Shown here piece by piece: positions 26,271 through 41,053 of a stretch of DNA of 64,000 nt. Source of the DNA: the human T2T-CHM13v2.0 reference genome, Homo sapiens. The translations under genes were made by a program, and so were the position numbers. The stretch is taken from the NCBI RefSeq assembly GCF_009914755.1, contig NC_060927.1. One strand, written 5' to 3'. The notes beneath the pieces were generated by a model. That model was not told where the DNA came from, ran no database searches, and saw only the letters and a program-made list of their open reading frames with translations. Each line of letters begins with the position of its first letter. The first letter of the stretch is position 1.

Positions 26271-28949
26271 AATATCTTGATATTGTTTAATATTGTTTTG
26301 GATTGAAACTAAGAAGATACTGGCACACCATTTGATTATGTCTATTGATAGATGTTCTGAACCTTACAATTCACTCCTTTTGCTAAAACATGCAAATTAG
26401 TTCTAGCACCTGAAATGAGGGAATGATGAAGATTCAATAAGGGAATCTACATAAAAGTGCCTGGCATGGTATCTACCACATAGGTCGGCCCCAATAAAGG
26501 ATGTTTTTGTTAGCTATTAGATATTTGCTAAAGCTATTAGGAGCCACTTAGTGATTTTAAGCTGAAAGTGATTTAACAAGCTTTCGGTTTTAGAATAATC
26601 ACTTGGGCAGCAGTGGAAGGACAAGGTGGAGAGAGGCCATGCGGGTGTTAAGGAAATTAGTTGGAAGGCTATTAAAATTGTCTAGATAAGAAACTAAAGG
26701 GCTCGAACTAAAGCACTGGGGACTGAAAGAAGGCAATAGATTGGAAGATATTAGAGATAAAAATTCTTCAATAAGTGGACCTGACTGAATAGAAGAGAAA
26801 TTAATATGAAATACATTTGTATGTTCTACAAAAACTTTATGAGTAACTTTAACATTAAGGCAAAACATGGGAAATGTTGAATACAATTGAATCAAGTCAG
26901 TGCAGGGACAATTTCATCAGAAATTTTTTCACTGGATAGGATTTTTAGTTAGACCTCTATTCTTTCCAGCAACTATAAAACACACATGTACACTGCACAC
27001 ACATGCACTTGACCACACCCACACATGCATGCACACACACACACATACACGCACTCATTAGCTCACTCATGGAATGTATTCTCTCCTCAGAGTTAGAAAG
27101 ACTCTAGCATCAAAGCACCTCAGGCTCAGAATCTTTGCCAAGAAGTGTCATCTCTTCTCCACTCATATCAGCAGTGGCAGGGAGCTTTCTGCCTCCAAGG
27201 AGCAATGCACTTATGAAGCTCATCCATCAGTCTTAAATCCATAAATCAGTGATTTGGGAAGGTGTGTCCTACTAATATCACAGTGAACTCTGAAGTAATC
27301 ATTTTTGTTCGAAGCCTACTCTGTAATAGTGTACTTCCAACAACAGGCTTCAGTTATCTCTATTCATAGTGAGACAAATTCTATAACATCTGAGAAATAT
27401 AAAATATGTGACTCTTAATATAGCAATCCAACCCACTCACCCCTAAAACATTCCAGATAGTCAGGAAATTATATTGATGTTTGATGAGAGAGAAAGAGAT
27501 GGATTCTTATTTACTTCTATTCTCAATCATGGTTCTAATGCTAGTCTCGTAAAATGTTGCTTTGGTTGTGTTTGACCTCTTAAATTTCCACATGCCCCCC
27601 CGAAGCTATTTTTCCAGTCTTTAACTGGCTCCAGAGAGAGAATGTGTGACAAGAAGGCAAGGCTGGTCTCCTACCCAAGCTACCCTGGGCACATTTAAAT
27701 AAGCTTTTAACCCATAAACATTTGCATTCAAGATATAAATCCTCCCTGAGCTAAGTCGTGTCAGAAAAAGTTATGGCTCATAGAAATGTAGAAGCTGCCA
27801 CCAGACCAGACCCCAAGAGGATGATGCACCCTAGGGTTTAATAGATACATACATACAAGTTTAATAGATACTTGTAAGTTGACTGACTGCTGGCCAGTTT
27901 CCAGTGCTGGGGGGCTGCTGTCACCTCTGTGCACATAAACAAGAGGAGAAAACACACCATCTAGAACTCTGAGAAGCAGGGCTGGCCTCCCAAGCATGTG
28001 GAACAGCCATTCAGCTCTGCAATCTGACTAGGGAAGGGCTGCTCAAAAAATGACTGCTTCCAAATAACACGCCCACCAGCCTGTCTCTGAGACATTTTGC
28101 CACTAGAAACTTTGATTTGTCAGTATAAGAATCTGGACTCTAGAAGTCTTGTCATAATGCAAAAGCCCTGCAGGAGTCACATTTTAGGCTACAAATACTC
28201 CTTAGTATTTCCTTATCAGGTTGCTTTTCTAATGTGACTGTCACTCAGTTGCAGTGAGACACTAAAGGCATAAACTTCATGTTGGAGTCGGGTAAAAGAT
28301 GAAGGCTGGGCTACAATCTGTTGTCTGAAAAGTGCAAACCAGTTTGAGACTCCAGAAGAAGCAGGAAACATACTGTCCTAAGAATTGTCATCTTCATAAT
28401 TGTGCAAACACATCTAGCATACCAACGTTCATTTAAGCAGGAGACTGAATCCCTCTGTTATTTTTCCTAGCTCAGTAGGGCAGCAATTTATGTTCTAGAT
28501 TATGGTAATGTGCTAGGGGAAATTAAGTACTTCATGTATTTTGTTTTTAATCATCTAATGTCATATAATTTAGGAGTAGGGTTTATAAAGAAAAAGCCAC
28601 AGGGCCAATCAACATCTAGTCTCTTCTCCAATGCTATTCCTGATACTGATATACAAGTATTTTTCAGGAATAAACCATCAAAACTGCCATTAAGGAAGAG
28701 TCACAAAAGAGTCCATGCAGCCAGAGAGAATCAGGTGACAGGCAGCTAATTTTGTCCTAGTGAAGGTGGGGTCTACTCAATTATAAGAAGGCCATGGAGT
28801 GATTACGGTGGTCCTACATATTTTCTTTCTTCCTTACCAGGTATAGCTGTCAGGAATGTCCTCCTCAAAGCGTTAATCAAAGATCAGTCCTTGAATTATC
28901 AATCCCATTTGCCTTGGTTACCATACTAGTCTAGTAAACCAATGTTTTG

Positions 28950-29620
28950 TGTCTGGACACTGCGATAGACTCTCTGCTGATACGCAGGTTGCCTCCTTCT
29001 TCCCTTCAGTCAGCCAAAGTGATCTTCTAAATTTGTAAATAAGACCCTGCCTTTCTCTGGTTTAAAACCCCTTAAAGTTCCCCACAGGTCTTAGAATAAG
29101 ACCCCATCTCTCTATTGCAGCGTCAGTGGCGTACCTAAGTTGGCCTTCCTGGAATATCTGCATTCCAGTAAGAATCTCTGGCCACTCTCTCCTTGTCCCC
29201 AGCACACTAGACACTTTGATCTTCTTCTGTTCCTTAAATATGCCAAGCTCATTTCTTCTTCTGAGCCCACGTATTCCTTCAGGCTGCAAGCCCATCTTCC
29301 TCCTTTTCTCATGGCCAAGTTCTCATCCACAATTAAGACTCATCTCAGTATTAGAAACTAATACTGACTCCCAAGTGGCTGTCCCCACCCTCATTCTCTA
29401 TCAAGGAGGCATCCTGTTTCTTTCTCAATCAAATATTCATCAAAATCATAAGTAGATATTCACATACTTGTTTCTTATTTAATTTCTATTACTTTGACCT
29501 AGGCTATAGCTCCTGGAAGGCAGGGATTCTTAACTAGGTACTATATTTCTGCTTAGCCAGTGTCTAGTATAAGCCTGATACATCTTAGCTATTTATTAGT
29601 TATTTAGCAATGAATAAATC
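28950..29620 (+). mobile_element. L2 (L2a-like) 3' part
   Basis: 'cagccaaagtgatcttctaaa', 'ctggtttaaaacccctt', 'agctcctggaaggcaggga', 3' end 'aatgaataaat'. Confidence 0.75.
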
Positions 29621-30917
29621 AATTCTGTTTTTCTAAACAGCTATTGTTTGTGTTGTCTGGTCAGGTCACAAAGGGTTAAGAAAACCAAGTACAGTATGCT
29701 GCTTCCCCCAGACTGAGCAATAATCAGAGATGCTTAGGATTATGTTTCCCAAGTTTTGCATGTTATAGGCAATTTAAGACAGATCATTATTAGTTTAGAT
29801 CCCACACCCAAGCACAGGAATATGCATTCTGTTCCCTCATTCTGAGTTTTGATCTGTGACAGTTTTAGATATAGGAAAAAGAAATTAAGAGAACAGAAGA
29901 GACTTGGTGGGAAAGTACAAAATTTTCTCTCCTTACCAGTCAGCAGTCCATAGATGTCTTTAAAATTTATTGTTTTCTAAAGTTTCTGACTTAAGAAGTA
30001 GAAAAACCACAAATTATTTTCTAAATAAATCTGAATAAATCTGTAATAAATAAATCTGTAATTTTCAAATATGCACACACCCCCCCCAATTATTTTTGGT
30101 TTTGAGAGTTATGTTTTTATGCATAAAAATGCACTTTGATGTATCAGATGTGTATAAAGTAAAGAATAATTGCAGCCAAGACCAAAGTAAGACCTAGCAT
30201 TTATTGAAGCATGTTTGACTTTCTTTGCCACTTGACAGCTGTGTGGTTTTAAGTAGGTGAATTTTGAATATCTGTGTTGAGCTTCAGGTTCTTGGGCTGT
30301 AAAAGGTGAAAGTTTCTATCTGCCTCACAGAGGTATCATGAAGCTTAGATATATGATAATTTTAAAACCTTCGGACCACTATCTGGTATATAGTGTGTGC
30401 TTTAAAAAGGCTAATTCGATTTGAATTAAAATCTCTTCCCACTTTTCAGGAGTTTTTAATTGGTCCCTCTGCTAAAAATCACCTTTGTTTCTCAGTAAAT
30501 CCAGTCATGTATTTGGATTCACTTGAGCCTCTACATTCTTAATTGGATAGTTCAGCCCGTGGTTTATTATAAAAGCCTGGATTTCACCATCAAATTACAG
30601 ATCAATCAACAATTACAAAAAATAATAATGGCTGGCAATGATTTTGATTATATCACTGCAGCCTTGCTTGTTTTGCTTGTCTTGACATCAGATTTTCCCA
30701 TCTGAAATGTCTGTAAGTGCTCAGAATGCTCTGAATCGTTCCCATTCTTTACCAAATCGACCCATGGATCCACTGTGGATGTTCACCAATCAGATTCTTT
30801 CATAAGGTATTTAATCTAGCTGATGAATGGGAGGGGAAGATGAACTCTGTTATCCCTGTTGGGTATTGTTAAATAAAAGGAGAGCTTCAACGATGCGTTT
30901 GCTGTGTCACTTGAGAG

Positions 30918-31125
30918 CATACATTCCCAACAGGGGCAATATCACTGCCCACTGCCGCCACTGCGGTGTTGAGAAAAATCTTAGATGTTACAATGATTTG
31001 TGGTCCCCTAAAGGTCCATGGTACAGAAGAAAAAAAAAATTAGTGTATTATTAGAAACAAAAAATGTTTAAAAATGCTCTTGGGGTATGATAATATTAAT
31101 ATTTTTCAAAAGTTGAGAAACCCTG
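30918..31125. mobile_element. hAT-Charlie-type MITE (subfamily not assigned)
   Basis: 'cccaacaggggcaatatcac...aaaaatcttagatgttacaatgatttgtggtccc...aaaagttgagaaaccctg' with Charlie-like TIRs. Confidence 0.7.
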
Positions 31126-31261
31126 CCTAAGGAAAACTCTATTCTTCTCCCAGCATTCTCTTTTCCTTGAAGAGTATGCATGTAGAGTATAGCTATTTAC
31201 AGAGAGTGGAAAGATACCGAAGACCTATGGGCGGGCTTCACCCTTCTTTTGAGTATTGGCA

Positions 31262-31465
31262 AGAGTAGAGTCACTGGAGTCAGGCTGATATACATTTGAA
31301 TACTGGGTCAGCCAATGCCTAACTGTGTGACCTTGGATGAGCTAATTCAATGTCTCTGTTAAAAGAGTATAATTGACTTTGCAGGGCTAAGGGAGTGATT
31401 AGAGGTAACAGTGCCTGGTGCCTGGCACATGTTAGGCATTCAGCTAATTGTTGTCATTGTTATTT
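31262..31465 (+). mobile_element. MIR
   Basis: 'ctggagtcaggct...actgtgtgaccttggatgag...gtgcctggcacatgttaggcattc'. Confidence 0.8.
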
Positions 31466-32979
31466 CCATGGCTGTGTGGCAGGGGTGATGGGATTGCTAG
31501 GAGCCAGCACCTCCGAGTTCTGTAGGGGGAGCAGTCTTGGGCAATGCCACCTGGGAAAAGGTTCTAGCAGCCTGGGCCTGCCTCGCACCCTTGATCTTTT
31601 CCCCTGTGATTTAGTCTTAGCATAATTATACAGCTTTAGGCTATGGAATTACCTTGTTACTCACAAACAATTATGCTTTACCATTCTTTCCTCTGGGCCT
31701 ATAACCTTACTACTGTGCTAGCTTTATAACGGTGGTGTTGCTTTATATTGCATGAAGAAATTATTTGAAGAGCTCTTTCCTACTCAAGACTGTAGCAAAA
31801 CAGTGTTTCAGCCAGAGGAAAGCCATCACAGTAAATGAGGGGGGCTGCTGCCAGCACTCCCTGTGTAGTCACCTGAGGATTGGAAGAGCACAGATTTCCC
31901 AGACTTCTACCACAGAATGATTTATAGACCGACACATGGCATAGCAAAGAGATATAGTTCATGCTTAAAAGGTTAATTCTTGACTTGATTTGTTTTAGAA
32001 GTTCTGGAGATTCCGTGGAGGACAAGAAAGACAAAGAGAGGAAATGACAAGGCCCATGTTCTTCAAAGAGAAGAATGGGGAGAGAGAAAGAAACACGTGC
32101 AAAGAATTATTTGGTGTTTCTGTCCATTTATCTGTTTCATTTTCTCATAATCCTCCTCCAGTGCTGCTTTCGTTTTGCATGTCCTTCCTGCTTAGGCATG
32201 GGATCATTTCTTTCCATTGTCATTTCTCTCGAAATGTATCCATTTTCACAAGTATATCATATAGATAGGTGAAAGTAGAGGGAGATAGGAAGGGTAAAGT
32301 CAGGCAACGTCAATTTTTTTAAATCTGTAGCAAAAAGGAGAAAGTTCACAATTATAGCCCAAAAAAATTCAAACGTTTTAAGTTTCTTTTAAGGTTTCTG
32401 CGTACACATTTCCTGCAGAAAGACTATACAGATGCCTTTGGTGATTTCAGGATGTGTTGTTCAAGCTACTTAAAAATGATAAGACTTTAAAAAAAAAAAA
32501 GAACATGTTGTTACAATCACCACTAATATTTTATTTATGTGTTGACTTCCTTGTGTTGGGAGTAATGGCACCACTGGATATTTTAACTGTAGAAAGAATG
32601 TTTATTTCCCTCTTAAAAGGCCAGAGGTTGGGCTATGGATTTTCACAGAAATATGACAGTAACCTCACATCTCCACAGAATCTTTCAACTCTCGGTTGTC
32701 AAATGTATTTCTCAACAAGTGCACTTATGCCTCCATGAGTCCAAGTAAAGACAGTAGGGAATGCATTCACAGTTGTTTCAAGTGAGGATGGGAGAAGAAT
32801 TTCTTACCTAATTGAAATTGTTGGAGGGATTCATTTTGGAAGCCTAATAGAATTTCCTGGCTTGGATTTAAGCCAAGATATTGGAGCACCTTTCTTCCCT
32901 CATGATAAGTCTTAGAAAAAGGACCACTGGATGGAAGAAGACGGGGGGAGTTTCACATCATACTGCAAGGCTTATTGTA

Positions 32980-33337
32980 TTATTTATTTATTTCAACTAT
33001 TATTTCAGATTCAGGAGGTACTTGTGAAGGTTTGTTATAAGGCTATATTGCATGATGCTGAGGGTTGGGGTACGACTGAATCAGTCACCCACGTAGTGAA
33101 CATAATACCCAATAGGTAGTTTTTCAGCCCTTGCTCCTCTCCCTCCCTCCCTCTTCTTGTAGTCCTCAATGTCTTTTGTTCACATCTTTTCGTCCATGTG
33201 TACTGAATATTTAGCTCTCACTTATAAGTGAGAACAGGCAATCTTTGGCTTTCTGTTTCTGCATTAATTTACTTAGGATAATAGCCTCCAGCTACATCCA
33301 TGTTGTTGCAAAGGACATGATTCCATACTTTTATACC
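32980..33337 (-). mobile_element. L1PA16-like 3' end
   Basis: 'attgcatgatgctgagggttggggtacg...acccaataggtagtttttcagcccttg...cacttataagtgagaac...tgcaaaggacatgatt'. Confidence 0.88.
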
Positions 33338-33954
33338 GCTTCAATACACTTTAAAAGAAAGGGCTCTTTTAAAAAATTACTTTCCACTAATAAACGGCAT
33401 AAATGGCAGTGGAAGAACTTCCACTAGTGAGAAAAGCTAATGCAGCAGTCTATAGCCAGCTTTTTTTGTCTGAGTATCAGGATGTCTGTGGTGGGACCTG
33501 TGGAACAGCCTCGAGGTCACTGTTAGGTACAACTCCAGTGAGCAAAGACAGTTCAGAAGACTCTATAGAATCATATGAGCTTTTTACTTATGTACTGTTT
33601 CAAGGATGGTTCTATCCTCCAAACTCTTAATGCCTATTCCCTTATAAACTGTGTTGAAATTCACGCCAGTCAGATGGTGGTTGATGAAGACTGAAAAGAC
33701 TTTTTATTCTCTCTCTCACTCTCTCTCTCACATGTGTGTTCTCTCTCACTCTCTTTCTCATTCCATCTATTGAATTATCATTGCAAATACTCTCACTGGC
33801 CTAATAAACTTACACTTCTTAAAAAAACAATTAGCCTTTTTGTTTGGAAGCTTCATGATGCTCTATGAAGCTGACATATGGCACTGACAGATGCTCTATG
33901 GACTATTATCAATATACCAGCCAGCATCACACACCTACATCCCTCCTTTTTTTA

Positions 33955-34165
33955 CCAAGCCTGGATCTGAGTCCTACATATACTACTTCCCAATGTGAGA
34001 CCCTGGGCAACCACTGTCCCTTACTAGCTCTTATATTTTTTCTTTTATAAAATGGCAATCATGAGACTACCTCTTTCTTAGGGTTGTGAGGATTAAATTA
34101 GAAAACATACATAATGTGTTTAACACCAGCCTAGTGCATAGTATAATTCATTATGATTATTATAT
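33955..34165 (+). mobile_element. MIR
   Basis: 'cctggatctgagtcc...tgtgagaccctgggcaa...tataaaatggcaat...agggttgtgaggattaaattag'. Confidence 0.75.
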
Positions 34166-34399
34166 TATTAGTAATACTTATTTCTAAATTATTTTATTTT
34201 TAACATAAACTTATCAACTCCTTTGCTCTTGTTCCCACAATGCTGTCTTATATGTAATTCTAAGTAACTATAGGTAACTGGAAGTTAGCTAGGGCCCATT
34301 TAACAATGTTACTGGAGGAGCAGTCATTTAAAACATACTGAACGCTGCTCTAGAAAGATCAAGAACAATTAGATGCTTTGATTATGTATGAGCCATCAA

Positions 34400-35365
34400 C
34401 TTAAGTTGAACATGGGATCCTAAGCTGTGTCTCCTCCACCATAGATCTTCCACATACCTACTCCCTTTGCCGAGTGGAAAATGTTATCTTTTCTCTCATA
34501 TTCCAGTTGCAGCTCTCTGAATAATCATCCACTCATTTGCCATGACTCAGGATGGTTCACTAGGCCATTGTCAAGATCCTGTCACTTCTCTTTCCACATA
34601 GATTCCTTTCAGTCTCTCCCTTATCCTACTGTGATGGCCTTAGTTCAGCTCATAAGAGGAAGTCTTTAAAGATTACAGAGGCTTTTGTATATCTTGCATA
34701 TCATTGAATCAATCCTTTCCACAGAGATGGAGATGAACTGTATCCATCCCCCAATTAGGTCCCTGGAAATGGAGTGTCTTGAACTCAGCTTAAACAGGGA
34801 ACAAGCGGGAGAAGAAAACATTTACCAGCTGCTAATCACACCCATCAGATGCTATAGCATTATGGCTTTTGAAATTGCCGCAAGCTAAAAACTTATCCAG
34901 ATCACCTCTCATCAACACTGAATTACAAACTCCTTCACAAGACACAGGTTACCCCCCTATGGCTCTCTTACTACAAGTTTTTGCAACTGCCTCAGGTATA
35001 CATGTTGCTTTAGTCACATCAAACAATTTGCCTCGGACACAGGATGCTCAGTCACTCCCCCATGAATTTGTATATCTTGTTGTCTAAAAAGACGGCTCTT
35101 CCTAAATCTATCTTATGAGTTCATTCTTTGATACCCTATCCAACTGTCTCTACCTCTGGGGAAGCCTTTTAGCAGTCCCCAGACATAGTCAAGATCTTTT
35201 CTTCTTTGCCTTTGAAACAGTTGACTTCTCATCTATTATTACACAGAGTCTACTGTCATATTGCTTATATGTCTCCCATAAAAAGCTGAGAGTCACTAGA
35301 AGGGTTCAAAGTTTAATATTTTTTCTTTATGTTTATAATATATTGTTCATTGTTTGTTAAGTAAA
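34400..35365 (+). mobile_element. L2 fragments
   Basis: 'caagatcctgtcacttctc', 'ggccttagttcag', 'tctacctctggggaagccttt'; diverged and possibly interrupted. Confidence 0.55.
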
Positions 35366-36559
35366 ATAATGAAAGATGTTATGGGACAAGTAATGAACCT
35401 TTCCTTTCAGGATTCCCTGATTCTACTCTCCTGGTTGGTGATGCCTTCTCCACAAATCATCAAGATTTGAAATACATTTGTGACTTACCCAAACACATAC
35501 AAACCAAGCTAACGAGTTCTTAAAAAGAGCTAGTCTGTCTGCCTTACTGCTTAACAGGAAGGAAAGACAGTGGGTCAGTATGAACAGCTGAAACACAGGA
35601 CTGAGAAGGACATTCAGATGGAATAAATTCAACGTTCTAATTCCCATCAGGGTATTCAAACTGAAAGAAACTTTCAGCATCTCTCAGCATATACATAACA
35701 CTCATGTCTATATAAAGACATTTATTTTACTACCATGGAAAAATGTGAAGAAGGGCAAATCCAATTTCTCCATTAGCTGATAGTGTTTACCTCATTTTTT
35801 AAAGAAAGCAGATAAAGTATTTGTTGCAGTAAGTGGAAAAATACAGTATGAATCAAGCTTCAAAAATGAAAAAAATGGCTAAACTGATCCGAACTGAATG
35901 GCAACTGATATCCCTCCTTGTGATATGTGTCTGGAACTTGGAAAAAATGAAGGTCTGCAAACACTCTGATTGGCTATTAAAAACTTGCAGTATTTTTCTC
36001 TGTCCTGTTATTACGGCAGTAAATTATAGTAAGGTTGGAGCCCATTCTCAACATCGCAGAATTGGCTTTCTGCTACTATCCCAATCACAGCCACCCCAAT
36101 TAGTCACCGGCTGAATGGTTATGCAACCACAGATTTAGATTAAAAAGCAGTTTCATCTCAAGAGTAATTCATAGCAAGAAATGTTTCTCCCCTCACCCGA
36201 TGACCTTTTAGAATGCCACTCGTGCAAAGAGAATAACAAAAGATGGTATTTGCTTTGGCATTTGTCTTTTTTTGGATGCCTGAGCAATATTTGAAAGAGG
36301 GGGTGGTTAGAAGTAGGGTGGCAATGTTCTTTCCAATTTTATACCTCACTCTAGGTCTTCAACCAGTACATATGGGCATTGTAATACTGCATTTTGTGGA
36401 TGTAGCAGGAATTGAGTAGATGTGGACAGAACAGAAGAGGAATGCTGAGAAAGTGGGTGGGTCTTTAAACATGTTCTTTAAATGGCACCCCTCACAAGAA
36501 TAGAAACATGAATGACTCCACATGATGCAAAATTCAAGGAGACAGTGGCAGAAAAACAG

Positions 36560-36760
36560 GATATGAATTTCAGCTTTCTAACTTTCTAACTATACGACAT
36601 TAAGAAAGTCACCTAACTTCTCTGATGCTCGCTATTTTCCCATCTACAAATGAAGACAATTATACCAATCTTGTCTTCCTCATAGGGCTATTGTGAGGAT
36701 TAAGTCAGAATAAGCACAATAATAGTATACTTAAACTGTAAAAAGCTGTTCAAGCATCAG
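36560..36760 (+). mobile_element. MIR
   Basis: 'aagtcacctaacttctctgatgctc...ttcccatctacaaatgaag...cctcatagggctattgtgaggattaa'. Confidence 0.75.
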
Positions 36761-37039
36761 AAATTTTCATGATCCTTTAATACAATGCCTCACGACCTAC
36801 GACTGCTTGGATCTTCAGAACTGGGGGAGACTTCAAAATCATTCAGCCATCACACATATCTGAGGCCCGGTCCCTCCTCTAACATAGATGAACAATGGAT
36901 ATTAGCCTCTACAAAGGCTGCCAATGTTGGGTAATTCACCACCTGATGAAACAGCACTTCCATTATTAGACGTCTTTGCCTATTGGAAGATGGCTCAATG
37001 AAATTTACTTTATTAAGAAATGCTTCCATTTTCTTACAC

Positions 37040-37225
37040 TTACTATGTACCAGAAAAAAAGACTCTACTAAGCAGTTAACCAATTAGATCTACTTAGGTT
37101 CTTTAAGCAATCCTAATAAAATATGTATCATTTACACCATTTTACACATGAAGAAACTTCAGTTTATAGACGTGAATTCATTCATCCAAGATTGTATATT
37201 AGTGAATGTTGAAATATGATCTGGG
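37040..37225 (-). mobile_element. MIR
   Basis: 'acttactatgtaccag...ccattttacacatgaagaaacttcag'. Confidence 0.65.
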
Positions 37226-40032
37226 AAAGCTTTTTGGATTGTGACAAACTCAAAACGAGAAGTAATGCTGTTGCTCTAATGAGATGTTAGAAGGGCTATG
37301 TGACTGTTCCTATCTTCTCCCTGTCTTCCTCTTTGCAATGCGAACTTAGGAAAATGTGCCATTGTTTCTCCTCCTCTCCTTATAAACTGAGAAAAATAAT
37401 AGTTTCTAGGAGCCACAGAGGGATGCCTGTGCAAATTAATGAGTTAATATTTGTAAAGAGCAGTGTGACTCTTTAATAAAAGTATGTCCTACCTGAGAAC
37501 CACGTATTCCACTACCTGAGTGCGAAAGCAGCTCAATAGTGAAAATATAACCTTGTTTTAAGTTTGATTTTAATAATAGCATTGTATTAGGTTGGCAGAG
37601 AACAGGGTACCCACAGGAATGAAATCAAAGCAATTAGTTAGCATAGATCTTAGAAAAACTGAAATAATAGAACCACTGGATGCTCTCTGTGATTTGTGTT
37701 GCTCCACTGATGCCTAAACCATAGATGCCTTTTCAGATTTGTCAATATCTCCGGTTGTATACTAACTGTTGAGTCAGTAGAGGAGCACACATAGACACAT
37801 GTCATCTGGCCTTTCAGTGACAGAATAGACCAAATGTTTTTATCCTGCTTTGGCTCTCCAGCTTCTTGCTGGCCTTTGAAGATGTCATGAGGCCAGCCCA
37901 TTATGGCCACATAGCAGTAAGCTAAAAAAAGTATAGATAACTAGGACATGATCTGTATTCAAAAGTGGGCTTACATCTCCTGTCAAACTGAGATTTGACT
38001 GTCTTCTAGCTTTTAACATCCCCAGGTGACAAAAAGTTATTGTATCATTTCCATTCTATATCTTTAAAAATCAGAATACCTGTCTTTCAACAGTGGCAGA
38101 AAATATGTTAAGGGGGATTGTCCCATACCTATTTCACCCTAGTTCCTGATTTTTTTCAATTATTCATAAAATTAAGTATAGAAAATTCATTCTAAGGCTG
38201 TATCTTCCTTGCTTCAGAAAAACTTAGAATTAAGGAATAATCTGTTGTGATAAGATACCACCAGTATAATTCAGGTTTCATATCTAAGTCTGACTCTCAT
38301 ATTCTAGTTTCTCCCAGAATTCCTTGAAATAGTTAAACCATGACAAGTATAGTAATCATAATACAAAAAATCAACTAAGGGTTGTATAAGGAGTAATTCT
38401 AATAATAAGGTTTGGGGGAAAAGGAAAGAGAGGTATTCAAATAAGAATATGTAAAATGTGGAAAACACCTTTTCTTCCTGTGACTCTTTAATTTTATGCC
38501 CCTTTCTCAGTATTATTTAGAATCATGGATATTAATAATGAAGTGGAAAATAAAATAGAGCAAAATCAAAAATGACAAAATTTTTCTAAAGCACTAGAAA
38601 ATAACATGTTTTTTTAAAGTTAGAATCAAGAAGCATATTAAGTACCTATTGTGTGTTCAGCAAATAATAGAAACCATAAAAATGTAGAATTAGAGAAACA
38701 AGCATGAGGCTACAAATAAATTCTTAAAATACATAATAGAAAAAGAGTATTAATCTATGTTTTATTTATAAAAGCAATTAGAAGTAAATATAACAATGTT
38801 AACATCTATTAATTCTGCATGGTGATGGGAATTTGTGATATAAACTTGGGAATAGCTCATATATAACTGGAAGTACAGAATTAGGGTTCGACAGGAAATT
38901 AGGATGAGATACTAACTTTAGAAATATTATTCTATTCCCTATTATCCTAATTTTTCTACCAAAGCAGTATCAGCTCATATATAATTCCTTAGGATTTCAA
39001 GCTAATGAAATGGCTCTTTCTAATTACAAGTCATAAATTTTGCCTACACTTGAATTTCCTCAAAACCCATATATGATCATCTAATTCTAATGCTTTATTT
39101 ATCTAAATCTAGTGCTAATGATCTTTCTGAGAACTTAACATTTCTCAATCTAGTATCTCTGACCTATTTTTTTTAGTGAGCCATTTTGAAGCGGGCGAAT
39201 CTTTCTCAGCAATCCCCGCAACAGAGCACTATTATGTTTGTCAGTCTCCTCCTTTTAATCCATGTTTTTGTCGTTGTTCCTTGTTTATCTGCTTTGTCGT
39301 GTCATCTTCAAAGTTTACACATAAAAGAGTATAACATTATATGGTTCAACAAAGTTTTGGGCCAATAAGAAAGGAGCTTGAGCAATCCTATAAAAATATT
39401 TCTGTACTTGAAACAAATAAAACAGAATTCTATTCCTAATTCATTTACTACTTTGCTGGATGACTGTGGACAAGTCATTTCATCTATTCAGGTTTAGTTT
39501 TATTATCTATTATAGTGAGGATGTTGGAATAAAGGCTTGCTAGAATTTTTGCAAGTCTGATGTTATTTCATTTCCATAATATTCAAACTTTACTTAATTG
39601 AACAAAGAACAAGTCTAGTTTCCAAAACAAGTGATAGCTTCAGAAAACCTTGTTTTCAAGGGCTTCATCTGACTTTACAAACCAAAAAAAAACAATTGAC
39701 TTATTAAACTTAATGATCTTACCAATTTTTTTTAGGTCAAACATTATGTTCTATTAATTTTCTATCTCCCTTACCAGACACTTGCCCAGATTTTTCAAAT
39801 AGAAAGTACTCATTATTTTAAATAATAAACCTTAATATTAACATATCCCTCTAAAGTTTGTAAAACATTTTCATCTATAATATTGTATTTGACCCTTCAG
39901 TAATCCTATAAAGTAGACAATACTGTACATATTTTATAATTGATAAAACGTAGGCTCCCAAAAGTGATGACCTGCTTGAATTCCCATAGCTGATTAACGG
40001 CACTACTAAGATTTGAGTCAGACTTTTACTTT

Positions 40033-40100
40033 TGATGGATGGATGAATGGATGGATGGATGGATGAAGGGATGGATGGATGGATGGATGGATGGATGGAT
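40033..40100. repeat. (GGAT)n tetranucleotide microsatellite, about 17 units with 2 interruptions
   Basis: Read directly from the sequence. Confidence 0.97.
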
Positions 40101-40664
40101 AAAACAAGATTTTTTTATTAGGACTAAAGTTTTTCTTTTACTATTCAAAGGTGACTTTATTTTATATGAAAGAAGGAAGACACAAAAGGCTCAGATAATT
40201 TCTAACATCTATCACTTGAAGAGTCTAGCCTTAAAACTATTAGCTTGAAGACTAAGCTAAAAGAGTCAAAAGAAGTAATAGAGATCATCGAATTCATAAA
40301 CGTAATATTTTTATTATTGTATTTTTTGTAGTGGCTTAACATACTTCAGCAAGAACACTGGCATCTAAAATTAAACAATTTGATACAGATGATTCTTAAA
40401 AAAACTAGCCCTTTACTTGCCCTCTAAGATGCATTGTGCATTTCTAAGAGTAATGAATGTATTAGTTCTAACATTACCTTGTTAGCCTTTCTAACCATTA
40501 GTCTGTACATTAATGCAATTTGAAAAGAAAACACATTGAGTCTATTACATTACTTGTGTTAAATTTGAATGTCTCCTGTATTATTTTCTCAAAGTACTCA
40601 GAAGTGTCAGGTCCATCCAAATTTTTCCAAACTTGACTAAATGCTCTCAGAATACACCCACCAA

Positions 40665-41053
<389 letters not shown>

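Noticed and set aside
30854-30935. Inverted repeat CCCTGTTGGG / CCCAACAGGG as a miRNA hairpin
   Set aside because: Only 10 exact bp with a loop of about 60 nt, and one arm is the end of a MITE; likely chance.
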